Below, one piece after another: positions 19,055 to 29,685 of a DNA stretch of 64,000 bases. Position 1 is the first letter of the stretch. The number at the start of each line of letters is the position of its first letter. Origin of the DNA: Candidatus Poribacteria bacterium (lineage in GTDB: Bacteria; Poribacteria; WGA-4E; PCPOR2b). The stretch lies in the NCBI GenBank assembly GCA_965116925.1, contig OZ220744.1:672001-736000 (forward strand), read 5' to 3'. The notes under the pieces were generated by a model that worked only from the letters and a program-made list of their open reading frames with translations, had not been told where the DNA came from and did not search any database. The position numbers and the translations under genes are program-made.

Positions 19055-22000
19055 ATGTACAGCGTTAGTGTATGGAAAGTAATTTTAATCATTGTGGTAC
19101 TCCTGTTTTCAGCATTGTACCTCATCCCGACCCCGGAAAACTTTTACAATCCCCTATACGGAAACCTCTCCCTCTGGATGCAAGAGAGACTCCCCAAATT
19201 TGAAGCGACCGATGAAAATTCGTTAAAGGTAAGCCTGCAAGCAGTCGAATACCCGGAGGGCATCAACTTGCAGGATGCAACAACAGAGCTCAAGGAAACC
19301 TTGGCGAGAAGGTTGGAGGCTAACGGATTTACGGAGACGGTGGATTATCAATTTGATACAACGGAAGAACGAGACTTCCTTGTCAGTTTCTTATCTCCAA
19401 AGAGCAACGCCGATCTGGAAAGGATTCTGGAAGACCTGCATCTGTACGGAAGTATCCCAGCAATCGTCCGTCGCTTGATACCCGATAATCGATTAAAGCT
19501 CGGTCTCGATCTCAGAGGCGGTGTTCACCTCGCCCTTGAAGTCGATCTTGAGGAATCAAAAATCGAATTGTTGAAGGGACGTGCCGACTCGATTCCTGAG
19601 CGATTGCGAGCAGATAAGATTCATTGCAGGGTAGCGGAACCCGTCTTGGAGGAAAATGCGCTTAACGTCGTTGTCGGTATCCCGAAACGGCTTGCGGACC
19701 CAACCGAACGGGTAGAATATCTCAAAACGGCGCAGGAAAACCTTCAGGATTTAGAGTTCTTTGATGCCCCCCAAGAAATCAATAGAACTGACACGGAGGT
19801 CACCTATCAGATTCGCTTGGATGAGTCTGGCTTGGAGCAGTATAGTGAACAAGCGATCGACCAAGTTATGGTGGTGCTACGAAACCGCATTGATGCGTTT
19901 GGCGTTGCCGAACCGTCAATTCGACGCGAAGCCAACCGTCCCCGAATCATCGTAGAATTGCCCGGCGCAAAGGATTCGTCAAAACCCCTCCAGATTGTCA
20001 AAACGATGGGACGACTCGAATTTAAGTTGGTAGAAAAGAGTCCTACCGGTACAGTCGCTTGGACCGGATCGGCGGATACTCCACCGCCTGACGATATTCC
20101 TGAAGGCACCGAAATCCGATACCATAGCGACGATGGAACAGCACTAGCGAATAGCTGGTATGTTGTCCAGAGTCCAGTGCTGCTGAGCGGTGACCGGATC
20201 AAGAATGCCCGTGAAACCCAAGGCAATACCACCTTTGAAATCGTTGTGTCTATGGGTTTTGACTCCCAAGGCACCCGGCAATTTGGACAACTGACCAGCA
20301 ACCATGTCGGTGAACTCTTAGCGATTCTGCTGGATGGCAAGATCCAATCTGCACCGCGAATCAATGAACCCATTCTCGGCGGAAACGCTCAAATTTCTGG
20401 AGACTTTACCTTTGAGGAAGCCCAGTATCTGGCGAATATCCTCAAAGCCGGGGCGTTCCCCGTCGGTGTAAAAATCGCTGAAGAGCGAACCGTAGGACCC
20501 ACCCTTGGTCAAGAAGCGATCGACGACGGCGTTCGTGCCGCAGTTATTGGCATGGGAGTCGTTCTGATTTTCATGTTAATCTACTATCGCTTTTCGGGTA
20601 TTGTTGCGATTATTGCACTGGCGTTTAATATGCTCATCATTCTGGGCGCACTTGCTGGATTTGGCGCAGCTTTGACGCTGCCCGGACTTGCAGGGCTCGT
20701 CTTGACCATTGGGATGGCGGTTGATGCAAATGTGCTTATTTTTGAGCGTATCCGTGAGGAACTACGCACCGGCAAAACTGTATGGTCCGCAATTCAGACC
20801 GGCTACCAAAAAGCGTTTTGGACAATCCTTGACGCCAACGTAACGACGTTAGCCGTTGCAGCGGTACTCTACCATTTCGGAACAGGTCCCATCAAAGGAT
20901 TCGCTATTACGTTAGGAATCGGTATCTTCGCCAGTATGTTTACCGCCATTGTTGTCACACGAGAGATTTACGGTTGGGTGCTTGGCGGTCGAAATGTCGA
21001 GAGGCTAAGTATCGGACGGGAGGCCATCAGAAACACAACCATCGGTTTTCTTAGCAGAAGTCGGATGGGATTTCTTGTTTCTGCAATCCTCATTATTATC
21101 GGTATAGTTTCACTCATTCTTCATAATGGTCCTAATTTTGGGATCGACTTTCGGGGTGGCGTCAAAGCTTATGCTAAATTTGACCGCGCAGTCACCCAAT
21201 CGGAACTCTCCTCTAAACTGACGGAACTGGGTTATGAGCGTTCAAAAATCCAAGTGGACGCAGCGAAGCAGGAAGCCTCTATCGACATCGGCTACAGCAC
21301 GGAATTTGAAAGCCAGAGAGTCGTTGTGCCGTTGATAGCTGATCCAGGCGACGCAACTGCGACGAGCATTCAAGTGAGCACCACGCAGGAGAGAGTGCGT
21401 TTCCAACCCGGAGATGCGATTCAGCTAATCGAAGGAGAGCATCGGTTAAGGAATGAGATTCGTGAGGTTATAGAAGGGGAAGACACCGTTACCTTCATGC
21501 TTACGGACGAAATTGGAGCCGATTTGACGCAAGCAGCCCAAATACAGGTCCAAGCGAGTGTCGGACAGATCCTCACCGGTGCGTTATTACAAGGAGGCAG
21601 CGACTGGCAGGCGATGCAACATGCTGTGAATGTGAGCGAGGTAGGACCCAGTGTCGGCAAAGACCTTAAATGGGCAGCGTTGTGGTCTGTCCTCTGGTCG
21701 ATTGTTATCCTACTTTTCTATATCTCTTGGCGTTTTGAATTTCGTTTCGCTATCGGTGCGATCGCTGCCTTGATTCACGATGTGTTGATTACACTCGGTG
21801 TCTTTTCGGTGCTAGTGAAGGAAATTAACCTGCCGACAGTTGCCGCATTTCTCACAATTATCGGCTACTCCTTGAACGATACAATTGTTGTGTTTGACCG
21901 TATTCGTGAGAATAGCACACTGCTCAAAGGGACCGACTTCGCTGAAGTTATCAACAGAAGCATCAATCAATCTTTGAGTCGTACGGTGGTGACCTCATTG

Positions 22001-22198
22001 ACAACGCTCTTTGTTGTTCTCGTTATTTTCCTCCAAACGGCTGCGGGGCAAGAGATTAACACCTTCGCATTGGCGTTGATTGTGGGTGTCATCGTCGGAA
22101 CCTATTCATCTGTTTTCATCGCCAGTCCGATCATATATCTCTGGCACTTAAGAAGACGAAATATAGAAATTCAAGAAGTTCAGGAAAGCACTGCATAG
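19055..22198 (+). CDS. secDF: Fused protein translocase subunit SecDF
   Basis: LGLDLRGG, GMAVDANVLIFERIREE, GIDFRGG, GYSLNDTIVVFDRIRE. Confidence 0.95.
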   Translation: MYSVSVWKVILIIVVLLFSALYLIPTPENFYNPLYGNLSLWMQERLPKFEATDENSLKVSLQAVEYPEGINLQDATTELKETLARRLEANGFTETVDYQFDTTEERDFLVSFLSPKSNADLERILEDLHLYGSIPAIVRRLIPDNRLKLGLDLRGGVHLALEVDLEESKIELLKGRADSIPERLRADKIHCRVAEPVLEENALNVVVGIPKRLADPTERVEYLKTAQENLQDLEFFDAPQEINRTDTEVTYQIRLDESGLEQYSEQAIDQVMVVLRNRIDAFGVAEPSIRREANRPRIIVELPGAKDSSKPLQIVKTMGRLEFKLVEKSPTGTVAWTGSADTPPPDDIPEGTEIRYHSDDGTALANSWYVVQSPVLLSGDRIKNARETQGNTTFEIVVSMGFDSQGTRQFGQLTSNHVGELLAILLDGKIQSAPRINEPILGGNAQISGDFTFEEAQYLANILKAGAFPVGVKIAEERTVGPTLGQEAIDDGVRAAVIGMGVVLIFMLIYYRFSGIVAIIALAFNMLIILGALAGFGAALTLPGLAGLVLTIGMAVDANVLIFERIREELRTGKTVWSAIQTGYQKAFWTILDANVTTLAVAAVLYHFGTGPIKGFAITLGIGIFASMFTAIVVTREIYGWVLGGRNVERLSIGREAIRNTTIGFLSRSRMGFLVSAILIIIGIVSLILHNGPNFGIDFRGGVKAYAKFDRAVTQSELSSKLTELGYERSKIQVDAAKQEASIDIGYSTEFESQRVVVPLIADPGDATATSIQVSTTQERVRFQPGDAIQLIEGEHRLRNEIREVIEGEDTVTFMLTDEIGADLTQAAQIQVQASVGQILTGALLQGGSDWQAMQHAVNVSEVGPSVGKDLKWAALWSVLWSIVILLFYISWRFEFRFAIGAIAALIHDVLITLGVFSVLVKEINLPTVAAFLTIIGYSLNDTIVVFDRIRENSTLLKGTDFAEVINRSINQSLSRTVVTSLTTLFVVLVIFLQTAAGQEINTFALALIVGVIVGTYSSVFIASPIIYLWHLRRRNIEIQEVQESTA

Positions 22199-22328
22199 TA
22201 GCTGATGTGTCCATCAGTGTTAGCCCGGAGGGGGCCCCTTCGGGCTCGCACTCATGTTTTTAACCTTTGGTATGAGTTGGTTCTGACGACATACTCCCTT
22301 TCCCTTAAAAGTTCCCCTGTCAAATCGT

Positions 22329-23162
22329 ATGAACGTCACTTGGTGGTTGGTTCCAATTGGAATCATTCTGATTCTTGCCATTGGCATTCTGAGGGTCGCA
22401 GCGCGGCGGCGGGGATACCCGCGTGCCCAAAGGCTTAATAATGAGCACTCTAAACCGACACATCCCCTCACCCGTGAATTAGTTCATGAGATCCGCAATC
22501 CGCTCAATAGCGTTAACCTCAACCTCCAAATTCTGGAAGAAGACCTATCCGCTGAGAAACCCAGTTCCGCCAGCGATCTACAGAAGCGTGTCCAGCGTAT
22601 CCGTGGGGAGGTGGAACGGCTTGATCGAATATTAACCGATTTTCGGCGTTATGCAAATCTGCCACCGGTAGCGTTTGAAACCTGTGATCTTGCTGTGCTT
22701 ATCGAAGAGGTTTTGGACTTCAATGAACCAGAAGCACAAAAGCAGAATGTTCAGATCAACCGTGAGATTCAAGCACTGCCTCCTGTTCAACTCGATCAAT
22801 CGCAGTTCAAGCAGGCATTGCTGAATCTTATTATCAATGGGGTTCAGGCGATGCAAGATGGCGGTACACTCACGGTTCGCGCCAAACCGTTAAATGAGAG
22901 CGTACAAATTGATGTGGAAGATACAGGGCAAGGTATCGAACCAGAGCAATTGGACAAAATCTTTGATCTATTCATCTCCACGAAAGCGGAGGGGACCGGA
23001 GTCGGTCTCACAATCGTAAAACAGATTATCGAAGGACATGGCGGACGTGTAAACGTGGAGAGCAACCCCGGTCATGGCACAAAATTCTCCATTCTGCTAC
23101 CCATAACGCAAGTTGCTAGTTATAAAACCCGCTCGGCTCCGACTTCGCCAATCCGTTCTTAG
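22329..23162 (+). CDS. Histidine kinase (1 TM, HisKA and HATPase)
   Basis: HEIRNPL, NLIING, DTGQGI, GTGVGL. Confidence 0.9.
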   Translation: MNVTWWLVPIGIILILAIGILRVAARRRGYPRAQRLNNEHSKPTHPLTRELVHEIRNPLNSVNLNLQILEEDLSAEKPSSASDLQKRVQRIRGEVERLDRILTDFRRYANLPPVAFETCDLAVLIEEVLDFNEPEAQKQNVQINREIQALPPVQLDQSQFKQALLNLIINGVQAMQDGGTLTVRAKPLNESVQIDVEDTGQGIEPEQLDKIFDLFISTKAEGTGVGLTIVKQIIEGHGGRVNVESNPGHGTKFSILLPITQVASYKTRSAPTSPIRS

Positions 23163-23353
23163 GACTTCAATTTATCGTCAGTGCTTGGCTCTGGCTATAC
23201 ACATTGCGCTCCTCTGGAGCGCAGGGATTGAACATGTTACCCTTCTATAGACATATCGCTCCTCTGGAGCGAAAGACAAAGGACCTACCAGATGGTTGGG
23301 GAGGCTCTGTCCTGACAAAAAACGGTGGACTTTCAACGACTAGCAACTTAGGT
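23106..23353. mobile_element. Family F MITE-like element
   Basis: TIRs ACGCAAGTTGCTAGT / ACTAGCAACTTAGGT; 8-bp flanking direct repeat TACCCATA. Confidence 0.7.
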
Positions 23354-23369
23354 TACCCATACTAAAGTA

Positions 23370-23389
23370 GTAGGCACACTCCGTGTGCC
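23370..23389 (+). repeat. GTAG-REP hairpin
   Basis: GTAGGCACAC-TCC-GTGTGCC. Confidence 0.6.
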
Positions 23390-23442
23390 GTAACTCCGCA
23401 ATTGCACTAATGAACCAATGAACCAACACATCAGGTGATGAG

Positions 23443-24924
23443 ATGATCCCAAAAATCCTTGTTGTGGACGACGATTCAGCGAGCGTCGAGGCAGCCGTCG
23501 AAGTGCTTGAGCGCGAAGGCTACGACCTGTTTGCAGCATCGGGCGGACGCGAAGCATTGAATATCCTAGCCGCTGAAGATGTTGATGTCGTCATCACGGA
23601 TGAAAAGATGCCTGATCTGAGCGGACTGGATCTGCTCAAGCACATAAAAGACAACTATCCCTACACACAAGTCATCATCCTAACGGGCTACGGTTCGATT
23701 GATAGTGCGGTCGAAGCCACAAAAGCGGGCGCGGATGGCTACCTCGAAAAACCGATACAAATTAACATCTTGCGCCAAACGGCGAAAAACGCACTCGAAA
23801 AACGATCGCTCTTCCTCCAGAACGTCAATCTGCGAGAGCAGCTCGATGACAAGTTTGGGTTTGCGAACATTATCGGCACCTCAAAACCGATGCGAGAGCT
23901 TTTCCGCATGATCCGACTCGTTGCCCCGACCAATGCAACAGTCCTCATCCGTGGTGAAAGCGGTGTTGGAAAAGAGCTAATCGCGAATGCGATCCACAAC
24001 CATAGCCGTCGAAAGGACAAACCGTATCGGACAATTAACTGCGGCGCGCTCTACCGTGAACTCCTCGAAAGCGAACTGTTTGGTCATGAACGCGGCGCTT
24101 TCACCGGGGCAACTACCCGCAAACTAGGGCTGTTCGAGCAGGCAAACGGCGGCTCTCTGCTGTTAGACGAGGTTGGGGAAATGGGACCTGAAACACAGGT
24201 GAAATTCCTCCGTGTACTGGAAGGACAGGAATTTACACGCCTCGGCGGGGATAAACCGATCAAAACCGATGTCCGTATTATCGCTGCAACCAACGCGGAT
24301 CTTGAGGAGGCAGTGAAAGACGGGAAATTCCGCAACGACCTCTATCACCGTATCAACCGCTTTCCGATTCGGGTGCCCCCGCTAAGGGAACGGCGGGAGG
24401 ATATCCCGCTGCTCGCCAGTGCATTTATCAAAGAGTTTAGCAAAGAACATGACCGTCCCGTTTCAGGGATTACCCCCCAGGCGATGGATTACCTTAAAAG
24501 TGCCGCTTGGGATGGAAACATCCGTGAGTTACGCAACGCCATCGAAACCGCCATCATCTTAGCAGGGACGGAGACCCTTGATCTCGACGATTTCTCCTCC
24601 GAATTTCAAACGAGTTTCACAGATTCTGAGGTCCCTTCGGATACCGATACTCAAATGGGGATTCCTCTGAATCTTGATGCTCCGGATAGTAGGGAACGCA
24701 GATCTGCGTTCCTTACAGATATGGACGATGAAAAGGTGGGAACGGTTGGAATGACAATGGAAGATATTGAAAAAGAGGCTATCCGCAAGACATTGGCAGA
24801 AACCGGCAATAATAAAAAACGGACAGCGGAAATGCTCAAAATCGGCTTGCGAACGCTATATCGCAAACTAGAATCTTACGGCTGGCTGAACAAAAACGAT
24901 CAAGAGGATGAACTACATGATTAG
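23443..24924 (+). CDS. NtrC-family sigma-54 response regulator
   Basis: REC domain (VVDDD, TDEKMP), GESGVGKE, GAFTGA, Fis-type HTH. Confidence 0.93.
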   Translation: MIPKILVVDDDSASVEAAVEVLEREGYDLFAASGGREALNILAAEDVDVVITDEKMPDLSGLDLLKHIKDNYPYTQVIILTGYGSIDSAVEATKAGADGYLEKPIQINILRQTAKNALEKRSLFLQNVNLREQLDDKFGFANIIGTSKPMRELFRMIRLVAPTNATVLIRGESGVGKELIANAIHNHSRRKDKPYRTINCGALYRELLESELFGHERGAFTGATTRKLGLFEQANGGSLLLDEVGEMGPETQVKFLRVLEGQEFTRLGGDKPIKTDVRIIAATNADLEEAVKDGKFRNDLYHRINRFPIRVPPLRERREDIPLLASAFIKEFSKEHDRPVSGITPQAMDYLKSAAWDGNIRELRNAIETAIILAGTETLDLDDFSSEFQTSFTDSEVPSDTDTQMGIPLNLDAPDSRERRSAFLTDMDDEKVGTVGMTMEDIEKEAIRKTLAETGNNKKRTAEMLKIGLRTLYRKLESYGWLNKNDQEDELHD

Positions 24925-25092
24925 GGACATTTACTTCTTCTGTAGGTGCTTGCATCCCGATCTATCGGAGAGGGATCTCCGAATCCCGACCCACCACTGC
25001 AGCAGAAACCGAGTTTTGCCGAAAAAACTCGGTTTCTCTTCGTGCGCTGCACTTTCTTTTTACATTAGTTTCGTTGAAAAAGGAGATACCAC

Positions 25093-25890
25093 ATGGCTTT
25101 AACAACCGATCAGAAAGCGTTCTTTCAGGAATACGGTTACCTGCCCTATACGCGGGTTGTGTCTGACGAAGAATTGGAAGCACTCCGGCAGCGCAGCGAG
25201 GATATCGCTGAGGGACGTGTGACCCACGTGCCATCCCGCTACATCCAGCAGGAGGCAGCATTCCGTGATGGTGGGAATACTACCGAGCCCCGCCTTGACA
25301 CCGTCCGCAAGATGACGCAACTCTGCTACTTTGACGACCTTTTCCAAGCGGTTGCAAAGAAACCTGAGATTGTGGATGTCATTGAAGATCTCATGGGTCC
25401 CAACATCAAGCTCTACACTGACCAGTTGATGATGAAACCCCGCTACAACGGCACCGTGACCGACTGGCACCAAGACTCACCCGCGTGGCCCTTCTTCGTC
25501 CCACAAGACCACGTAAGCTGTTGGGTCGCCTTAGATGACGCCACCGTCGAGAACGGTTGTATGACCGTTATCCCCGGCAGCCACAAATGGGGACCCGTCA
25601 CCCGTGAATACAAGCAGCGATTCATCGACGATCCAGAGATCGCCAAGCCGACACCTGTGGAGCTGAAGGCGGGGCACTGTATGTTCCACCACGGTCTCAA
25701 CTTCCACCGCACCGGCGCGAACACGACACCGAATCGACGGCGTGGACTAGCGTTGCACTATCTCCACGCCGAGACGAAATACCTCGGCATTGAGGATGAG
25801 GAGGCACGTCTCGGAACCGAGTGCGGGCTGCCGCGCGGAGAATTTCGCTTCATGCCCATCCGAGGCAAAGAATTCCCCGGACGGGTCTGA
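25093..25890 (+). CDS. Phytanoyl-CoA dioxygenase family protein
   Basis: WHQD, WVALDDATVENGC, PGSH, HRTGAN. Confidence 0.9.
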   Translation: MALTTDQKAFFQEYGYLPYTRVVSDEELEALRQRSEDIAEGRVTHVPSRYIQQEAAFRDGGNTTEPRLDTVRKMTQLCYFDDLFQAVAKKPEIVDVIEDLMGPNIKLYTDQLMMKPRYNGTVTDWHQDSPAWPFFVPQDHVSCWVALDDATVENGCMTVIPGSHKWGPVTREYKQRFIDDPEIAKPTPVELKAGHCMFHHGLNFHRTGANTTPNRRRGLALHYLHAETKYLGIEDEEARLGTECGLPRGEFRFMPIRGKEFPGRV

Positions 25891-25905
25891 ACCATTCAAA
25901 TATCC

Positions 25906-25928
25906 GTAGGGGCGGGGTTCCCCCGCCC
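25906..25928 (+). repeat. GTAG-REP hairpin
   Basis: GTAG GGGCGGGG-TTC-CCCCGCCC. Confidence 0.65.
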
Positions 25929-25949
25929 GTCCGTTAAGTCCTCTATCTT

Positions 25950-26382
25950 TCGCTCCTCTGGAGCGAAGATATACGTCGGGTCGTTCGGATTTTTGCGTAT
26001 TTGGTGTGCTGAAGGTATGACAGTTCGGTGGCTGCTTTGTTTGCCTATTTGTGTTTTCTGCGTCATCTGTTGAAATTGGCTATATCGGCATTCTATAGAC
26101 ATATCGCTCCTCTGGAGCGAAGATATACGTCGGGTCGTTCGGATTTTTGCGTATTTGGTGTGCTGAAGGTATGACAGTTCGGTGGCTGCTTTGTTTGCCT
26201 ATTTGTGTTTTCTGCGTCATCTGTTGAAATTGGCTATATCGGCATTCTATAGACATATCGCTCCTCTGGAGCGAAGATATACGTCGGGTCGTTCGGATTT
26301 TTGCGTATTTGGTGTGCTGAAGGTACGACAGTTCGGTGGCTGCTTTGTTTGCCTATCTGTGTTTTCTGCGTCATCTGTTGAA
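25950..26382. repeat. Tandem repeat, 154-bp unit, about 2.8 copies
   Basis: The CGCTCCTCTGGAGCG hairpin recurs at 25951, 26105 and 26259 with near-identical intervening DNA. Confidence 0.92.
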
Positions 26383-26456
26383 TTTGTAATTCAGACAATA
26401 ATTATGCACACCCCTCAAATAAATAGCCACTTTCGCCCCCCGGTAGGTTCGGTTTT

Positions 26457-26573
26457 ATGAAGATTAAAAAAACAGTTCGGTAATTGGCTAGCGACACCGG
26501 CGCGGTTTGAAACCGCGCCTACCGTGTGTTTCGAGGAAAATAGGGATTACCGATTTAAATACTTAAACTTCAT
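26457..26573. mobile_element. Family H element (117 bp) nested in the REP of a reversed family C element
   Basis: ATGAAGATTAA...TTAAACTTCAT; close match to 56809-56925. Confidence 0.8.
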
Positions 26574-26790
26574 CCAACCGCGCCGGTTTGGCGTGTCTCA
26601 TTAATTCTAAGATCCACTATAAATGACCCTAGTGAACCTTTTTAGTCCTTGCAACACTAAAAGGGGTAGGGGGACATTGTGGCAAGGGATATCGGAGAAT
26701 ATCACGTCCAGATTGTGTAATTTGTTGATGAACTCTGTCCTGTTTACTATGAGCGCATCCATAAAAATATCAAAGGAGACATAGCACCAC

Positions 26791-29070
26791 ATGAGAAGGT
26801 TTTCAATTTTTCTTGTATTGATCTTATTTACTTATCCCTGTGCTGCATTCGGACAAGAGGTCCCAAACGGCACAGGGGAAATTTACGGTACAGTCTATCA
26901 GGGGGATCTTGAGCAGCCGGTTGCATCCGCGCTGGTCCGCATTGTAGAAACAAATCAGCGCGTCACAACCGATCAGAACGGCGAATTTCGATTCCCCAAC
27001 CTGTCACCCGGAACATATACACTTACCACAGCCGCTTCCGGTTATAATCCACCGGAGGATGTTGTTGTCACCATCGAACCGGGAGAAACAACCGAACTTA
27101 AAATTTATCTTGAACAGATTGCAGTCGAACTTGATGAGGTAGAAGTGACGGGAGAACGTGCTGCGTCACCCGTTGGCAGACAAACTTTAAGCAGCTCCGA
27201 GATCCAGCGCGTCCCCGGTTCCACAGGGGATGCCCTGCGCGCCCTACAAGCCCTACCCAGTGTCGGTGTCGCAAACGACTTTAGCGGCGCGCTCTATATC
27301 CGCGGCGGCTCCGATGAAGACAACCTCTACTACTTTGACCGGGTGCCAATCGGCTATCCCTACCATTTCGGTGGAATCGTCTCGTCCCTCAGCTCCGAAG
27401 TCATCGAGCGGATCGATGTCTACGCCGGCGGTTACGGTGCCGAATTCGGCGTCGATTCGCAGGCAGTGATCGACATCTATTCCCGTAACAAAAACACGGA
27501 CGGCTTCCGCGCAAAGTTGAATCTGAATGTCCTCTACTCCGAAGGGCTATTAGAGGGAAAAATCAGTGATCAAGGGTTCTGGTATTTTGCCGGACGCCGA
27601 AGTTACATCGACCTATTCCTTGACTCACTGGCGTTTGACAGCGGGGAAATCACCGCTTTCCCCCGGTTCTGGGATTATCAGCTCAAGGGAGGCTATGACC
27701 TCAATGATAAGCATCAACTCTCTCTGAACATATTCGCTTCTGGTGACAGTTTTGCACTCAAGCTGGATGGCGAAGATGTGGACCAGGATTTTAGAGGAAA
27801 TGTTAGCTTCGGGAGCGGCTTTGAGGGGGCTGGTATTCACCTCCGTTCTCGGTTCACAGACCGGCTGACCTCATTTTTATCTTTGACCCGATCCGATTTC
27901 CAATTTGACGTCAGGGCTGGTCCCGAAATATCTCTGACGATTGATGCACCAGATTACTTGCTTCGCGAGGACCTCACCTACACCTTAAACCCGAAACATC
28001 AACTTGAAACTGGGGTGATATTTGGATTTGAAACGGGCAGAGCGGTTGGCACGGGTAACCGTCCGCCCGATGAGGGTGAGGTCGATTACGATTTTCGGCT
28101 CGCCGAAAGGCAAACATTCGATGAATCCGTATCTAGTCGACGAATGGAAGTGTACCTACAAGACCGGTATAAAGTGTTGCCATTTTTATCAGTTGCACTC
28201 GGTTTACGCGTGGATTACTTTAGCCTTGTTGACGAGTTTTCTATCCAACCGCGTGGAAGCCTCCTGTTAGACATTATGGAAGGTTCTCAACTCCAACTCT
28301 CTTACGGCAACTATCATCAGGTGCCGGGACCACCGCGACTTACCCAAAGCGTTGGAAATCCCGACTTGACTACAAGCGAAGCCAGTCACTATGTCTTGGA
28401 ATTCACACGCCAAGTTGCAGAGGGGACAGAATTCAAATTCGCAGGCTATTACAAAGATCTTACACACCTTGTGACTAACGATGAGGATATGAAATACCTT
28501 AACCAAGGGGTTGGATTCGCACAGGGGACGGAGGTGTTCCTACGCCATCGCGCCGGAGATCGATTCTTAGGTTGGGGATCCTACACCTATGGAGTTTCTA
28601 AACGACGTGACCGACCAGAGGACCCGTATCGCTACTATTCGTTTGACCAGACACACGTTGCGACCTTGGCGGCAACTTATAGACTCACGCCGACTTGGGA
28701 GATCGGTCTAAAATGGCAGTACCGAACTGGCAATCCCTATACCCCAGAGCTAGGCGTGACCCGTGTAATTGATCGACGCAACGGCGAACCCATCTACATT
28801 CCCATTTACGGGGACATAAATTCGGAACGACTTCCACCCTACCACCGGTTGGATGTGAAAATCAGTAAAGCGTTTCGATTTAACAGTTGGGAGATGAGTC
28901 TCTTTCTTGAACTCTTGAACGCCTATAACCGTAAAAACCTACTCACCTATAGTTACAGTGACGATTATGATGATGATGAAAGAGAGGTAATCTACTATGA
29001 TGGAGATGAAAGAGAAGAAATCTACCAATTTCCGATCATCCCCTACCTAGGAATTACCACCGAGTTTTAA
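26791..29070 (+). CDS. TonB-dependent receptor with N-terminal carboxypeptidase-regulatory-like domain
   Basis: Signal peptide; LDEVEVTG; plug motif IRGG; RLPPYHRLD; terminal Phe. Confidence 0.9.
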   Translation: MRRFSIFLVLILFTYPCAAFGQEVPNGTGEIYGTVYQGDLEQPVASALVRIVETNQRVTTDQNGEFRFPNLSPGTYTLTTAASGYNPPEDVVVTIEPGETTELKIYLEQIAVELDEVEVTGERAASPVGRQTLSSSEIQRVPGSTGDALRALQALPSVGVANDFSGALYIRGGSDEDNLYYFDRVPIGYPYHFGGIVSSLSSEVIERIDVYAGGYGAEFGVDSQAVIDIYSRNKNTDGFRAKLNLNVLYSEGLLEGKISDQGFWYFAGRRSYIDLFLDSLAFDSGEITAFPRFWDYQLKGGYDLNDKHQLSLNIFASGDSFALKLDGEDVDQDFRGNVSFGSGFEGAGIHLRSRFTDRLTSFLSLTRSDFQFDVRAGPEISLTIDAPDYLLREDLTYTLNPKHQLETGVIFGFETGRAVGTGNRPPDEGEVDYDFRLAERQTFDESVSSRRMEVYLQDRYKVLPFLSVALGLRVDYFSLVDEFSIQPRGSLLLDIMEGSQLQLSYGNYHQVPGPPRLTQSVGNPDLTTSEASHYVLEFTRQVAEGTEFKFAGYYKDLTHLVTNDEDMKYLNQGVGFAQGTEVFLRHRAGDRFLGWGSYTYGVSKRRDRPEDPYRYYSFDQTHVATLAATYRLTPTWEIGLKWQYRTGNPYTPELGVTRVIDRRNGEPIYIPIYGDINSERLPPYHRLDVKISKAFRFNSWEMSLFLELLNAYNRKNLLTYSYSDDYDDDEREVIYYDGDEREEIYQFPIIPYLGITTEF

Positions 29071-29211
29071 TGATCATTGAGGAAATAGAACCGGAAATAA
29101 TTCCAGTTCGTATCTATCATAGAGAAACCGAATTTTCCCCAGCCCCGGTAGGTGCGGTTTCCAACCGCACCGAATTCAGTCCAACCCGATAAATAGGGAG
29201 GACAACCAAAC

Positions 29212-29685
29212 ATGAACACCGCTCCCAAACATCGAAGCCACAACCTCCGCAAAGGCAGAGCTTCCATACAAGGCACATATTACCACATCATCATCTGTAC
29301 ACACCAGCGACAGAAAATGCTAATGGACCCCACAATTGCATCAATTATCTTCAAAACATTCGATTGGCTCGAAACAGAGAACCGCCAAGAATGGGTATGT
29401 ATCTTGGTGATGCCGGATCATGTACACACGATTATTAAACTTGAACAAGGGCAGACCCTAGGACAAGTTTTGCATTCGATGAAACGCTTTACCGCCCGTG
29501 AGATTAACAAACATCTATCCCGGACGGGCTCCGTCTGGCAGCAAGGTTATAGCGATTGGGGCATTCGGGACGAGACGGTCTTAAACAAAACAATCCGCTA
29601 TTGTTATGTGAACCCTGTGAGAGCGGGTATAGTAGGGTCAGCTCGAGATTATCCGTATTGGCGGTGCAAGTTCCAGATGGAATAA
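29212..29685 (+). CDS. REP-associated tyrosine transposase (RAYT, Y1 HUH)
   Basis: YHIIICT, MPDHVH (HUH), VWQQGY, YCYVNPVRAG; flanked by inverted GTAG-REPs. Confidence 0.88.
   Translation: MNTAPKHRSHNLRKGRASIQGTYYHIIICTHQRQKMLMDPTIASIIFKTFDWLETENRQEWVCILVMPDHVHTIIKLEQGQTLGQVLHSMKRFTAREINKHLSRTGSVWQQGYSDWGIRDETVLNKTIRYCYVNPVRAGIVGSARDYPYWRCKFQME

Noticed and set aside
25950..26382. CRISPR array or coding ORFs
   Set aside because: The intervening DNA is near-identical between units; the ORFs here are repeat artefacts
29212..29685. IS200 TnpA serving the TnpB element
   Set aside because: WQ and NPVRAG motifs and flanking REPs indicate a RAYT; its hairpins differ from the IS ends
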